Program-made: the position numbers and the translations under genes
Notes under the pieces: generated by a model
The model's input: the letters and a program-made list of their open reading frames with translations, nothing else
What the model was told of the DNA's origin: nothing
Databases searched by the model: none
From: an uncultured delta proteobacterium
GTDB taxonomy: Bacteria > Myxococcota > Myxococcia > Myxococcales > Myxococcaceae
NCBI GenBank assembly: GCA_963796055.1
Contig: CAWCKH010000003.1
Coordinates: forward strand, 448,001 to 512,000
Direction of reading: 5' to 3'
DNA length: 64,000 bases
In this document: piece after piece, positions 10,306 to 21,244 of the stretch
Position numbering within the stretch: the stretch's first letter is position 1
Layout of the letters: each line of letters opens with the position of its first letter

Positions 10306-12661
10306 TCACCTTCGCTGGACGGTCCGGGTCTCCGAAGCGAGCGCCAGCGCCGTGGGCCGGGCTCCGCCGACCGCGCCGGGCGGATACACCGGCCGCGAGT
10401 GGTAGATGCCCTCCAGGGTGTGGATGAACGAGCGCGAGATGGCGTTCAGGTCCCGCAGGGTCAGGTCGCACTCGTCGAGCTGCCCCTCGGTGAACACCGC
10501 GGTGATGATCCGCTGCACCAGCGCCTGGAGTCGCTCGCGCGTGGGCTCGGGCATGGCCCGGCTCGCCGCCTCCACCGCGTCGGCCAGCATCACCAGCGCC
10601 GCCTCGCGGAACTGCGGCCTGGGCCCGGTGTAGCGGAACACCGCATCCTCCACCTCCGCCTCGTGCCCCCCGGCGTCGGCGAGCGCCTTGTGGTGGAAGT
10701 AGCCCACCAGCCGGGTGCCGTGGTGCTGGGCGATGACGTCCTGCACCGCGCGTGGCAGCTTGTACCGCCGGGCGAGCTCGAGCCCGTCGGTGACGTGGCG
10801 CTTGATGATCACCGCGCTCATCCCCGGTGCCAGACAGTCGTGGGGGTTCTCACCCTTCTGGTTCTCGCCGAAGTAGAGCGGGTTCTTCCCCTTGCCGATG
10901 TCGTGGTAGTAGGCGCAAGTCCGGCCCAGCAGCGGGTTGCAGCCGGTCACCTCCGCGGCCGCCTCCACCAGGCTCCCGACGATGATGCTGTGGTGGTACG
11001 TGCCCGGGCTCTGGACGATGAGCTCCTTGAGCGCCGGGTGGTTGAGATTGGCCAGCTCGAGCAACTTCGAGATCGCTGGCGTACCCGAAGGCCAGCTCGA
11101 GCAGCGGGGTCAGGGCGAGCACCAGGGTGGGGACCAGGAGCGTGGAGCCCAGGCCGGCGAAGCTGGCGGCCAGGAGCGCGTCCCGGGCCGGCGCCTTCCC
11201 CGCCGCCAGCCCGAACGCCAGCACCACCCCGGCGTTGATCAGCCCGACCCAGACGCCGCTCCGGAAGAGCGATGCGCGGTCCCGCGCCCGGGCCACCTGC
11301 GTCGCCGCGACCAGGCTCCCCAGGATCCCGTAGACGGCGAAGAAGAGCGAGTTGCCGAGCATCACCCCGACCAGGGTGGAGAGGACCAGGCCGAAGAAGA
11401 GCGCCAGCTCCTGGTTCAGCAGCAGCCGGACCAGCATCGCCCCCGCCGCCACCGGCAGCAGCACCAGCAATGCCTGCAACGGAAGGGCGGGCCAGCGGTC
11501 GTGGAGCGCCTCGGCGACGGCCGTCGCCATCCGGAAGGCGCCGAGGAAGCCCACCAGCAGCACCCCCAGCAGCAGCCCGTCCCGCCGGGTGGGCCGGAAC
11601 CGCCGGAACGCCCGCCGGTGGAAGGTCCAGATACCGGCCAGCAGCAGCGCGACCAGCGCCGCGGTTCCGGCGCTCGCTTCCACCACGTCGAACCGGTCGG
11701 TCTGGGCACGCATCGCGGCGAGCATCCGGAGGTGTTCCGGGGTGACCAGCTCGCCGTCGCCGATGATCTTCTGGCCCTTCTTGATCTGGATGACCGCCCC
11801 CTTCACCGCGGCGGCGGCGATGGCCCGACGACGCTCGGTCTCGGCGATGTTCGCGGTGAGGTTGGGCCTGAGCGCGCGCTTGGCGAAGCGCAGCACGGCG
11901 CGGCGGAGCGGCGCCGGTGACTCGGGCAACAGATTTCCAGGGAGGGTGGCCCAGCGGTCCATCTCCGCGCGGGCCTCGCGGACGTCGAGCACGGCCGGCG
12001 GGAGCACCGCGCTCGGATGTTCCACGCCGTCGTTCAGGTCGCGGATGGTGAGGAAGCTGCCGGCCGGTCCGAGGTCCTCGCGCGCGCCCACCACCGGGGC
12101 GAGGAAGCCACGCGACAGCACCGAGAGCACGGCGTGCTCCACCTCGGGTGCCCCCCGCGCCTCCACCAGGGCGGCCCAGTCCTCGTCGTCCAGCTCGAAC
12201 AGCCGCGCCTCGAAGGTCTGACGGGCCTGGGTGATGGCCGAGGTGTCCACCGGCTCGGCCTTCCGCCTCGCTTTCCCTGGGGGCGGCTTCGCCGGCGGAT
12301 CCATCCGGGCGAACGTCGCCCGCAGCACGCCGAAGCTTTCCTGGATTCCCCTCTGGATCTCGGGAACCACGGCGGGGTTGAAGTCGAAGACCGGGCGAAC
12401 GCCGGCCCGGGCCTCCTGGCGGCGCCGGTCGGTGAGCGCTGCGTCGGGCAGGTCGTAGTCGCGGGTGGCCTTGAATCCCGCCGCGGAAGGGCTCTCGAAG
12501 GGACGGCCGACATCCTCGGGGCGCAGCTGCGGAAGCGTCTGCACCGCGAACCCCGGAGCGACCAGGAGCCCCGCGAGCACCGACACCACGCCGAGCAGGC
12601 TCAGCGCGGGGAGGGCGCGCCGGAGGGCGTCCACCGACCGGCTCTTCGCGTCGTCGTCCAA
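10306..12661 (-). CDS. 7TM-HD (HDIG) membrane phosphohydrolase, PgpH-like; one +1 frameshift at about 11068
   Basis: Extracytoplasmic domain (IKKGQKIIGDGELVT) and a multi-TM block, then in the next frame LLELANLNHP, PGTYHHS, YYHDIGK, QHHGT, MLADAVEAA. Junction reads GAT CTC G AAG TTG. Usual phoH-HD-ybeY context. Confidence 0.9.
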
Positions 12662-12793
12662 GGGCGGGGAACGCTAGGGTCCGGGGCCGACGCAGGACAA
12701 GCCGCGGAGGCCTGCCAAGCAGCCGGCGACGTACTCCCCGCGCACCGGGGGTATGTCCTGGGGTGGGCAGTCCGTACCGGCGCTCACCGGTGC

Positions 12794-15235
12794 TCACTCG
12801 GCGCGGAGCGTCTCCTGCGGGTCGACGCGGGTGGCGCGGTTGGCCGGCAGGAGTGCCGCGGCAACGCTGACCACCGTCAGCACCGCCGCCGCCCCCAGCG
12901 CGGTGGGCGGGTCGGAGGGCGCGACACCGTAGAGCAGCTGCTTCAGCGAGCGTCCCAGGATGAGCGCGCCGCCGAGCCCGGCGACGATCCCGATGCCGGC
13001 CAGGGCCAGAGCGCGGCGGAGCACCCACCACCGCACCGAGCGGGCCGAGGCGCCGATGGCCATCCGGATGCCAATCTCCCGGGTGCGCTGGGCCACGCTG
13101 AAGGCCAGCACCCCGTAGACGCCGGCCGCGGCGAGGACCACCGCCAGGCCGGCGAACAGCCCGAGCAGCATTCCGGCCGAGCGCGTGGCGGCGACGGAGT
13201 CCGCGACCCGGTCCTCGAGCGTCTTCACCTCGAACAAGGAGAGCCCGGGATCCACGGAGGCGAGCTCTCGCCGGGCGGCGGAGGCGAGCGGCGCCAGCGC
13301 CTCGCGGCTGCGGAGCACGAAGGTCAGCCGGCTGGAGGTGTCCTGATCGAGCGGATAGTACATCTCGGGTCGTGGCTTCACGCCCAGGCCGTCGTGGTGG
13401 ACGTCACCCACCACCCCCACGATCCGCCGCCACGGCTCGTGGTCTTCGCTGTCGCCGGGGCGGATCCGCGCCCCCAGCGGTGACCTCCCTGCCCAGAAGC
13501 GCCGCACCGCCTCGACGTTGACCAGTGCCACCGGCTCGGCGCCCGACCGGTCAGAGTCCTCGAACGAGCGGCCTTCCAGGAGGCGGATGCCCATCGCCTC
13601 GACGTAGCCGGGCGAGGCGAACCGGTACTCGATCGCCGGCTCGTGGGCCTTGTCGAAGGTCTGCCCCTCGATGGAGAAGTTCCCGTTGGAGTTGCTCCCG
13701 TTGAGCGGGAGGTCGTTGATCGCTCCGGCATGGCTCACTCCGGGCAAGGCCCTGAGCCGCGGCAGGAACGAGGCGAGCATCGCCCGCTTCGACGGATCGT
13801 CCTGGTACCGCTCCGGGGGCAGCTGCACCCGGAAGGCGACGGCCTGCGCTGGACGGAACCCCGGGTCCTGGTGCAGCAGCCGGTCCACGCTCTCGAGCAC
13901 CAGGGCCGCGCCCAGCAGCGGGGCGAGCGCGAGCGCCACCTCGAAGATCACCAGCCCCGACTGCAGCCACTGGGTGCGGTGGCCGAGCGCGCTCCGCATC
14001 TCCCCCCGGACCGCGGCGAGGTCGCCCCCGGCCAGGAGCAGCGAGGGCAGGACACCGAAGAGCGCGGTGGTCAGCACGCACAGCCCCACGGAGAAGGCCA
14101 GCACCCGGACGTCGAGCCCCACGGCGGTGGCCAGCGCCGGGGCGCGGATGGGCAGCGCGCCGCGCAGCACCGCCGACCCCATCCACCCCACCAGGAGCCC
14201 GAGGGCGGTCCCGGCGACCGACAGCACCGCCGCCTCGACGAGGAGTGCCCGGGCCACCCGCCAGCGGTCGGCCCCCAGCGCCATCCGGACCGCCACCTCG
14301 CGCCGGCGCGCCGCTCCGCGGGCGAGCAGGAGATTTGCCAGGTTCACGCAAGCGATGAGCAGCACCAGCCCGACCACCGCCCCGAGGGCGCCGAGCGAGG
14401 TGCGCGCCTCGCCGAGCAGCTCGTCCACCCAGGGAACGACCAGGATGCCGTGGTGGACGTAGTCCGGGTGGTCGGTCGCGATCAGCTTCACCACCGACAG
14501 GAGATCCTTCTGTGCCGCAGCCACCGTCACCCCGGGCGCGAGCCGGCCGACGGCGCTCATGAAGTGCGTCCCCCGCGGGGAGGTGGCCGGGTCGTTCTGC
14601 AGCGGAACCCAGATGTCGGAGTCGCCGAGCCAGTGCGGCTGCTCCCGGACCACCCCGAGAACCGTGTGGTCGCGGCCGTCGAGCCGGAGGGTGCTCCCCA
14701 CGACGTCGGGGCGGCCGGCGTAGTGCTTCCTCCAGAAGCGCTCCCCGATCATCGCCACCGCTGGCCCACCGACCCGGTCCTCGTCCGGGGCGAACTCGCG
14801 CCCCAGCAGCGGCGGCAGGCCGAGCACCCGGAGCGCGCCCGCGTTCATCCGCTGGGTCGAGACCCTGATCGGCTCACCGTCGCCGGAGAGGCTCTTGTTG
14901 GTCTGGGCAAAGAGCGCCAGCCCGCTGAGGCTCCGGGAGTGGGTGACCCAGTCTCGGGCGTCGGGGACGGAGACCGACGCCCGGGCCACGTCCGGCTGGA
15001 CGTCGTAGATCCGCACCAGCTCCTCGGGTGCGCGGTACGCCAGCGGGCGCAGCAGCACCGCGTTGACCAGGGTGAAGACGGCGGTGGTGGCGCCGGTGGC
15101 CAGCGCCAGGGTGAGGATCGCGGTGGCAGTGAAGCCCCTGTCTCGGAGGAGGCGGCGGACGGCCACCCGCACGTCCTTCCCGACGCCCGCCAGCAGCGGG
15201 GGATCCGGCGGTGGGCGGAGGGAATGCTGGGACAT
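12794..15235 (-). CDS. Duplicated MacB/FtsX-type ABC permease (ADOP-like), no adjacent ATPase
   Basis: DRGFTATAILTLALATGATTAVFTLVNAVLLRPL, LLIACVNLANLLLARG..RRREVAVRMALGA, second repeat QRTREIGIRMAIGA, PANRATRVDP. Confidence 0.92.
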   Translation of the reverse strand: MSQHSLRPPPDPPLLAGVGKDVRVAVRRLLRDRGFTATAILTLALATGATTAVFTLVNAVLLRPLAYRAPEELVRIYDVQPDVARASVSVPDARDWVTHSRSLSGLALFAQTNKSLSGDGEPIRVSTQRMNAGALRVLGLPPLLGREFAPDEDRVGGPAVAMIGERFWRKHYAGRPDVVGSTLRLDGRDHTVLGVVREQPHWLGDSDIWVPLQNDPATSPRGTHFMSAVGRLAPGVTVAAAQKDLLSVVKLIATDHPDYVHHGILVVPWVDELLGEARTSLGALGAVVGLVLLIACVNLANLLLARGAARRREVAVRMALGADRWRVARALLVEAAVLSVAGTALGLLVGWMGSAVLRGALPIRAPALATAVGLDVRVLAFSVGLCVLTTALFGVLPSLLLAGGDLAAVRGEMRSALGHRTQWLQSGLVIFEVALALAPLLGAALVLESVDRLLHQDPGFRPAQAVAFRVQLPPERYQDDPSKRAMLASFLPRLRALPGVSHAGAINDLPLNGSNSNGNFSIEGQTFDKAHEPAIEYRFASPGYVEAMGIRLLEGRSFEDSDRSGAEPVALVNVEAVRRFWAGRSPLGARIRPGDSEDHEPWRRIVGVVGDVHHDGLGVKPRPEMYYPLDQDTSSRLTFVLRSREALAPLASAARRELASVDPGLSLFEVKTLEDRVADSVAATRSAGMLLGLFAGLAVVLAAAGVYGVLAFSVAQRTREIGIRMAIGASARSVRWWVLRRALALAGIGIVAGLGGALILGRSLKQLLYGVAPSDPPTALGAAAVLTVVSVAAALLPANRATRVDPQETLRAE

Positions 15236-15581
15236 GGAGTGGCCCCCTCAGCGAAGGGCGTGCCACCCGGGAGGCCGGCTGGATCACGGGGAGAAGCGCC
15301 GCCCTGGCTCCAGCGGACGAAGCAGGCTCGGGACCGGGAATCCCATATCCGGACAGGCAGGTGCAGAGCGGCCCCGGGGTGGACGCGGGGGCGAGACCAT
15401 CGAGGCACTGCCGGCGTCGGACGGCCTGCGCGACCTTCAGCGCTCGACGCGGTCCGGAGTCACGCAGCCGGCCTGCGCGGACACCCCGCCACGGCCGGGC
15501 GACCGGTTTCGTATCTGGAAGGCCCTCCGGCATACCGAACCGGACGGAGGCAAGCGCAGGCTGTCCGCGGGGTCGCGTGGG

Positions 15582-16637
15582 CTACTTCGGCTCCGACTCC
15601 GGTGTGGGCGGCGCGGCAGAAGGCTCGTCGCGAGCCACCTCCGCCTTGGCCTCCACATCCGCCCGCTCGTAGGCCCGGATGACCTCCTGCACCAGCGGGT
15701 GGCGGACCACGTCCACCTCGCTGAAGGTGCAGAAGGCAATGCCCTCCACACCCTCCAGGATGCGGCGGGCGTGCGACAGGCCCGACGTCCTCCCCTGCGG
15801 CAGGTCCACCTGGGTCACGTCGCCGGTCACCACCGCCTTGCTGTGAAAGCCCAGCCGGGTGAGGAACATCTTCATCTGCTCGACGGTGGTGTTCTGCGCC
15901 TCGTCGAGGATGACGAAGGCGTCGTTGAGCGTCCGCCCGCGCATGAAGGCGAGCGGCGCGACCTCCACCGTCCCCTGCTCCACCAGCTGCGTGGCGCGGC
16001 CGGCGTCCATCATGTCGTGGAGCGCGTCGTAGAGAGGCCGGAGGTAAGGGTTCACCTTCTCCGCCAGGTCCCCCGGGAGGAAGCCCAGCTTCTCGCCCGC
16101 CTCGACCGCGGGCCGGGCGAGGATGATGCGCTTGACGCTCCGGTCCTGCAGCGCCGCCACTGCCATCGCCATGGCCAGGTAGGTCTTGCCGGTGCCGGCG
16201 GGCCCGATGCCGAAGACGATGTCGTGCCGGCGAATGGCGTCGACGTAGCGCTTCTGCCCCAGGCTCTTGGGTGCGACGTGGCGGCCGGCGCGGGACAGCA
16301 CCGGCCCGAGGACCAGGGTGTCCAGCCCCTGCTCCGGCGAGGCGCCCCGGCCCAGCATCTTCAGCCCCTGCTCCACGTCCTCGCGGCCCACCGACTGGCC
16401 CGCCCGGAGGATGGTCTCCAGCTGCTCGACGAGGCGGACCGCGGAAGCGACCGCATCCGCCGGCCCCGACAGGTGGAGCTCCGTCCCGCGCTGCCCGACC
16501 CGCACGCCCAGCCGGCGTTCGATGGCCTTGAGATTCTCGGCGTGGTTGCCGGAGACGCCGAGGGCGACGTCGTTGTCCCGGAGGTCCACCCGGGCGGTGG
16601 TCACGAGCGAGGTGTCACGGGGAGAAGCGGTGGGCAA
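15582..16637 (-). CDS. phoH: PhoH-like ATPase (PhoH/YbeZ) with N-terminal KH-like region
   Basis: [51 protein letters not shown]. Confidence 0.95.
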   Translation of the reverse strand: MPTASPRDTSLVTTARVDLRDNDVALGVSGNHAENLKAIERRLGVRVGQRGTELHLSGPADAVASAVRLVEQLETILRAGQSVGREDVEQGLKMLGRGASPEQGLDTLVLGPVLSRAGRHVAPKSLGQKRYVDAIRRHDIVFGIGPAGTGKTYLAMAMAVAALQDRSVKRIILARPAVEAGEKLGFLPGDLAEKVNPYLRPLYDALHDMMDAGRATQLVEQGTVEVAPLAFMRGRTLNDAFVILDEAQNTTVEQMKMFLTRLGFHSKAVVTGDVTQVDLPQGRTSGLSHARRILEGVEGIAFCTFSEVDVVRHPLVQEVIRAYERADVEAKAEVARDEPSAAPPTPESEPK

Positions 16638-16688
16638 CGGTTCCTTTCAGGTGCGCCCGGGGACGGGACGCGGCAGCAGAGAGGGAGG

Positions 16689-17819
16689 CTAGCGCAAGGG
16701 CGGCAGAAGGATGAACTCCTGAGGCCCGACGCGGCGGTAGTAGTAACGCTCCGCCCAGGGAAACCGCACGTCACTGGACGACAGAAGCCCTTGCTCCACC
16801 AGCGCTTCCAGGGAGGCCGGGACCTCCCCGCGCTCGAGGCGGTACACCGCCAGCGCCCCCTCGATGCGGCTCACCTGCGCGCGGGTGATCTGCTGCCGGA
16901 GCACTCCTTCGGCGAATCCGGCGCCGGCGCTGGAGCGCACCGACCAGGGGTTGAGCTGGGTTCCCAGCAGGACCCCCACGATGCCGGCCAGCACCACCAT
17001 GCTCACCGCCAGGCGGCCCAGCGCTCCGCGGACCCGATCGCCGAGGCCGATGTCGTCCTCGGGCAGGTCCGGCTCGCCCACCGGCATCAGCGCCGTGACG
17101 TGACCGAGGTTGGCCAGGTTGCAGAGCGCCTTGCAGGTTTCGAACTCGCCCAGGCATGACAGGTCGATGAGCTTGCGCACGTCGCGGTAGCCGTTGACCA
17201 GCGCGTAGAGCCGACGCTCGGAGGGGCCAATGGAGGCGAACTCGCCCGCCGATTCGATCGGGCTCCCGTCCGGAGGAGGAAGAAGCTTCCCGGGGGCGAA
17301 CACCAGGTCGTAGCGCGGGATCCGCTTCCGGATCACCGGCCACTCGTCCACCATCCGGAAGCCTTCCATCAGCACCGACTCGGCGCGCACCGGCTCCAGA
17401 TCGTGCGTGTCGTGGTGGACCGGCCCCTGCTCGAACTCGTACGTCCCGGTCTTCCAGGTGAAGAGCCGGTACAGCGTCTCGTCGAACTGCAGCTGCGCCA
17501 TCCGCCGGTACTGGTCCTTGGTCAGGACGCCCTGCGAGATGAGGCAGTCACCCAGCCGCTGCAGCGAGCGCTTCTGCGTCTCCAGCGCCAGCTCCAGCTG
17601 GGTCTCGGTGATCAGCTCCGCGGCGACCAGCATGTGGCCGAAGAGGTCGCGCTTCTTCTTGTTGGCGCTCTCCGCGGAGACGATGGCCCCGTCGACGAAG
17701 CCGACCTTCACCTCCTGGTCCTTGCTCCGGAGGCGGAGGACCCCGGTCTTCTGCTGCTGGGCGATGAGCTGGAGGATGTCGGCGATGCCGAAGTCCTTGA
17801 GCGTTCCGGCGAGGGCCAT
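16689..17819 (-). CDS. DUF4388 (PATAN-like) domain membrane protein
   Basis: MALAGTLKDFGIADILQLIAQQQKTGVL, LFTWKTGTYEF, MEGFRMVDEW; one TM helix; GspG-like C-terminus (LAVYRLERGEVPASLEALV..FPW). Confidence 0.8.
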   Translation of the reverse strand: MALAGTLKDFGIADILQLIAQQQKTGVLRLRSKDQEVKVGFVDGAIVSAESANKKKRDLFGHMLVAAELITETQLELALETQKRSLQRLGDCLISQGVLTKDQYRRMAQLQFDETLYRLFTWKTGTYEFEQGPVHHDTHDLEPVRAESVLMEGFRMVDEWPVIRKRIPRYDLVFAPGKLLPPPDGSPIESAGEFASIGPSERRLYALVNGYRDVRKLIDLSCLGEFETCKALCNLANLGHVTALMPVGEPDLPEDDIGLGDRVRGALGRLAVSMVVLAGIVGVLLGTQLNPWSVRSSAGAGFAEGVLRQQITRAQVSRIEGALAVYRLERGEVPASLEALVEQGLLSSSDVRFPWAERYYYRRVGPQEFILLPPLR

Positions 17820-17829
17820 GGCTAGAGCA

Positions 17830-19998
17830 CTAGCTCCTCTCCCGTGCCAGGTGCCGGAGCGAGGCGCCCCAGGTCACCGCCAGCAGCACCAGCGCCAGGA
17901 CCAGCCACCCCACCGTGCCCGCCGAGAGCCCCGGAGTCCGGAGGAGCCCCTCGCGGTTGACGGCCACCGTGAGGCCGAAGGCGAAGACGAAGGCGTGCAG
18001 CGCGCCGCGTACCGGAAGCCCGGTGAAGAGGTGGCCGGCCCCCGACCAGAGCAGGCCGAGGGCGTACGCCCAGCGGCTCACCCAGGCCTGGTGGTGGCGG
18101 ACCTCCATCTCCTTGTTCACCCGCGCCATCGGCGCCACCTTGCCGCGACGGGCGTAGACGTTGACGCACTGGTGGCAGAGCTGACTGTCCTCCACCAGCT
18201 CGGGGTCGCAGCGCCGGCACACCGCGCGGCCGCACTTCATGCAGGCCCGGCTGACGCCCCGCCCTCCCCGGGCGAACCCCAGCCCGGCGAGCACCGCCAC
18301 GCCCGCCAGCGGCACCAGCACCGCGGCGCTCGGCTCCAGATCTCCCACCAGCGTCTGGCCGAGCTGCGCGGTGACCCGGGCCCGCCGCTCGGGGCCGTCG
18401 GTCACCGACGGCTCGGCCGGTGACAGGGCCGGAGTGAGGAGGGTGAGGTTCATCGCCGGGTGGCTGTCGGGCGGATCGGCCCGGGTCATCAGCCGCTCGT
18501 CGAGGCGCTGGGCGGCCGCGGCGGCGTTCTGCGCCCGGTCGAGCTCGGGCCCCACCGCGTCATCGGACAGCGTCCGTGCGCGCCGGCGGTAGACCCGGGA
18601 CACGTTCCACAGCGGATCGGGCAAGGTGGGGTCGGCCTCGCTGGCCTTGGTGTAGGCGGCGATCGCCTCCGGCCATCGGTTCTCGCCGAAGGCCACGTTC
18701 CCGATCAGCGTCTGCGCCCGGGCATCGCCCCCGCGCAGCCCGAGCACCTTCTCTGCATGGGACCGCGCCGGCTCGAGCTTGCCGCGCCGGAGCTCCCAGC
18801 GCGCGAGCGCGTACAGCTCGGGATAGGTCGCCCGTCCCGACTCCAGGCGGGCCTGGACGCGCGCCGCGGCGGCGGAGGCCTCCAGCCCGCCGCGCTCGAG
18901 CTGCAGCACGTCCGCCGCCGGCGTGCCGGCGAAGGTGGTGGCCTGCACCAGCGCCCCGGCGAGCGGCGCTACCAGGCACGCCCCCGCCAGGAGCACCGCC
19001 AGCAGCCAGCGCTCCTTCGCCTCGAGGTACAGCGTCACCGCGGCGAAGAGCACCAGCGAGGGGAAGAGCAGCCCCAGCCGGAACACCCACGGAAGCAGCA
19101 AGACCAGACTCAGCAGCGCACCGGCCTGCCACCGTGCCACGCCCCGGGGGAAGGCGTGGTGGACGTCGTGCACCAGCGAGGGCGCGGTGCGCAGGAGGAG
19201 CACCACCAGCGCGGCCAGGGCGGTCGCGAGCCAGGCGACGAGCAGCATCGCCCCCAGGTCGCCGAGCAGACTCCGGCTCCACCGCGGGTCGGCGAGCGCG
19301 GCATGCCCGGCGTTCCGGGCGTCTGCCCACAGCCGGCGAAGGTCGAGAGGATCGTTGCTCAGGTGCGCGCGAAAGAGGCCCCAGTGCGCGTCGGCGACGT
19401 CCGGGGAGAGCGTCACCGCCGACTTGGCCAGCTCCACCGCCCCGGCGCCGTCCTTGCCGACGGCACGGACCCGGGCCCCCCGGAGCAGCGCCAGGCTGAC
19501 CGACTCGAGGTCGGCGATGGCCAGCGTCTCCCGCAGCTCGACCAGGCGGTCGCGTGCGGCGCGCGAGGCCTTCGGATCGCGAATGCGCTCGGCCTCCCTC
19601 CACGCATCGAAGGCCTGGAGGATGGCCTCGTCACCCTCGGTCGGGACCAGCAGGGGCGGCGGGGGCGTCCGGTCGCGCGCGGGTCCGGCGGACGGGGGAG
19701 GAGACGCGGGAGCTGCCGGCGCGGTCGGGGGAGCCGGCGTGGCGGCGCGGCCGGGACGCCGGGCCGGGGTCGGGGGCCGGGGGGCCTGCTCCTGTGCCTG
19801 GGCGGCCGCCGCGTCGTCGTCCGGCTCCGGAGCCGGTGGAGGCGGCGGTTGCCGGCGGGTGCGCGAGGGGCGCGGAACCGGGCCGTCGGGGGCGAGCTCG
19901 TCCACCGGGCGAGGCGGGTCGATCTGCGCCGCTGCCTGCGCCGAGGCCAGGAGCACGAGTGTGGCGAGGAGCGCGGGGGCCGCGCGAAAAGGGGGCAT
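17830..19998 (-). CDS. TPR-containing membrane protein with a C-terminal Cys cluster
   Basis: Signal peptide, Pro-rich linker, TPR-like helices (AIAAYTKASEADPTL), TM segments, CMKCGRAVCRRC...CHQC. Start uncertain (19998 or 20019). Confidence 0.75.
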   Translation of the reverse strand: MPPFRAAPALLATLVLLASAQAAAQIDPPRPVDELAPDGPVPRPSRTRRQPPPPPAPEPDDDAAAAQAQEQAPRPPTPARRPGRAATPAPPTAPAAPASPPPSAGPARDRTPPPPLLVPTEGDEAILQAFDAWREAERIRDPKASRAARDRLVELRETLAIADLESVSLALLRGARVRAVGKDGAGAVELAKSAVTLSPDVADAHWGLFRAHLSNDPLDLRRLWADARNAGHAALADPRWSRSLLGDLGAMLLVAWLATALAALVVLLLRTAPSLVHDVHHAFPRGVARWQAGALLSLVLLLPWVFRLGLLFPSLVLFAAVTLYLEAKERWLLAVLLAGACLVAPLAGALVQATTFAGTPAADVLQLERGGLEASAAAARVQARLESGRATYPELYALARWELRRGKLEPARSHAEKVLGLRGGDARAQTLIGNVAFGENRWPEAIAAYTKASEADPTLPDPLWNVSRVYRRRARTLSDDAVGPELDRAQNAAAAAQRLDERLMTRADPPDSHPAMNLTLLTPALSPAEPSVTDGPERRARVTAQLGQTLVGDLEPSAAVLVPLAGVAVLAGLGFARGGRGVSRACMKCGRAVCRRCDPELVEDSQLCHQCVNVYARRGKVAPMARVNKEMEVRHHQAWVSRWAYALGLLWSGAGHLFTGLPVRGALHAFVFAFGLTVAVNREGLLRTPGLSAGTVGWLVLALVLLAVTWGASLRHLARERS

Positions 19999-20084
19999 CT
20001 CGAGGAACGGGTGTCCCATGATAGGCGAGCCGCGCCGGGACGCTTCAACCTGAGTCAATGACCAGGTCCCGGGTCGAGGAGGAC

Positions 20085-21224
20085 ATGGGACGCTCGGGAG
20101 ACGCCGTGGAGCGGCTGGAGGAGATCATGCGCACCCTGCGCGCCGAGGGTGGATGCCCCTGGGACCGCGCGCAGGACATCCGGACCCTGCGCCCCTACCT
20201 CGTGGAGGAGACCTACGAGGTGCTCGACGAGATGGACCGTGTGGGCGAGGGCGGGCCGTGGCGGGCGCTCTGCGAGGAGCTGGGAGATCTCCTGTTCCAG
20301 ATCGTCTTCCACGCGGAGCTGGCGGGCGAGCTGGGCGAGTTCGGCCTGGCCGACGTGGCCGACGCCATCTCGGACAAGATCGTCTCCCGCCACCCCCACG
20401 TCTTCGAGGGCAAGACGGTGGGCGGCGCCGAGGAGGTGCTACAGAACTGGGCGCGCATCAAGGCGGAGGAGCGGCGGCGCAAGCACGGCCGCGAAGGTTC
20501 GGTGCTCGACGGGGTGCCCTCCGCCGCGCCGGCGCTGCTCCGGGCCGAGCGGATGACCGAGAAGGCTTCCCGCATCGGCTTCGACTGGCCGGACCTCGCC
20601 GGGGTGCGGAGCAAGCTCTCCGAGGAGCTCCAGGAGCTGGACGGTGCGCTCGCCTCGAAAGACCCCCGGGCCATCGAGCACGAGCTGGGCGACGTGCTGT
20701 TCAGCCTCGCCAACCTTTCCCGCTTCACCGCCACGCCCGCCGAGGACGCCCTCCGCGCGGCGAACGCCCGCTTCACCCGGCGCTTCCATGCGGTCGAGGA
20801 GGGGCTCCGGGCGCGCGGCGTGCCGTTCGGAACCGCGACCCTCGCCGAGATGGACGCGCTCTGGCAGAAGGCCAAGGCCGCCGAGGCCGGCGTCCCGCCA
20901 CCGGCGTCGCCACCCCGGGCGCTCGTCGCCCGGCTCGAGCTCACCGCGCCCGAGCCGGCGCGCGCCCACACGTTCTGGAGCGCGGCCGCGCCCGCGCTGG
21001 GGTGGACCGTGGAGGTGGACGGTGGCGAGTGGTCCGTCGAGACGCCGGGGCTGTGCCTGTCCTATGCCCCCGGTCCGGCCTCGGCGGCGACGCTGGTCGT
21101 CGACGCGCCCGGCCTCACCGCCGACGCGCACACCCGCCTGCGCGAGGCCGGAGGCACGGTGGTCTCGGAGCGCCCGCTGGTCTTCCGTGACCCGGTAGGC
21201 ACGTGTATTCACGTGCGACTCTGA
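20085..21224 (+). CDS. mazG: Nucleoside triphosphate pyrophosphohydrolase MazG with a C-terminal VOC-like extension
   Basis: GCPWDRAQ, EETYEV, EELGDLLFQIVFHA, RHPHVF, GFDWP, ELGDVLF; GAGGAGG RBS before ATG 20085. Confidence 0.95.
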   Translation: MGRSGDAVERLEEIMRTLRAEGGCPWDRAQDIRTLRPYLVEETYEVLDEMDRVGEGGPWRALCEELGDLLFQIVFHAELAGELGEFGLADVADAISDKIVSRHPHVFEGKTVGGAEEVLQNWARIKAEERRRKHGREGSVLDGVPSAAPALLRAERMTEKASRIGFDWPDLAGVRSKLSEELQELDGALASKDPRAIEHELGDVLFSLANLSRFTATPAEDALRAANARFTRRFHAVEEGLRARGVPFGTATLAEMDALWQKAKAAEAGVPPPASPPRALVARLELTAPEPARAHTFWSAAAPALGWTVEVDGGEWSVETPGLCLSYAPGPASAATLVVDAPGLTADAHTRLREAGGTVVSERPLVFRDPVGTCIHVRL

Positions 21225-21244
21225 GCGGGTCTGCGCGCTCCTGA

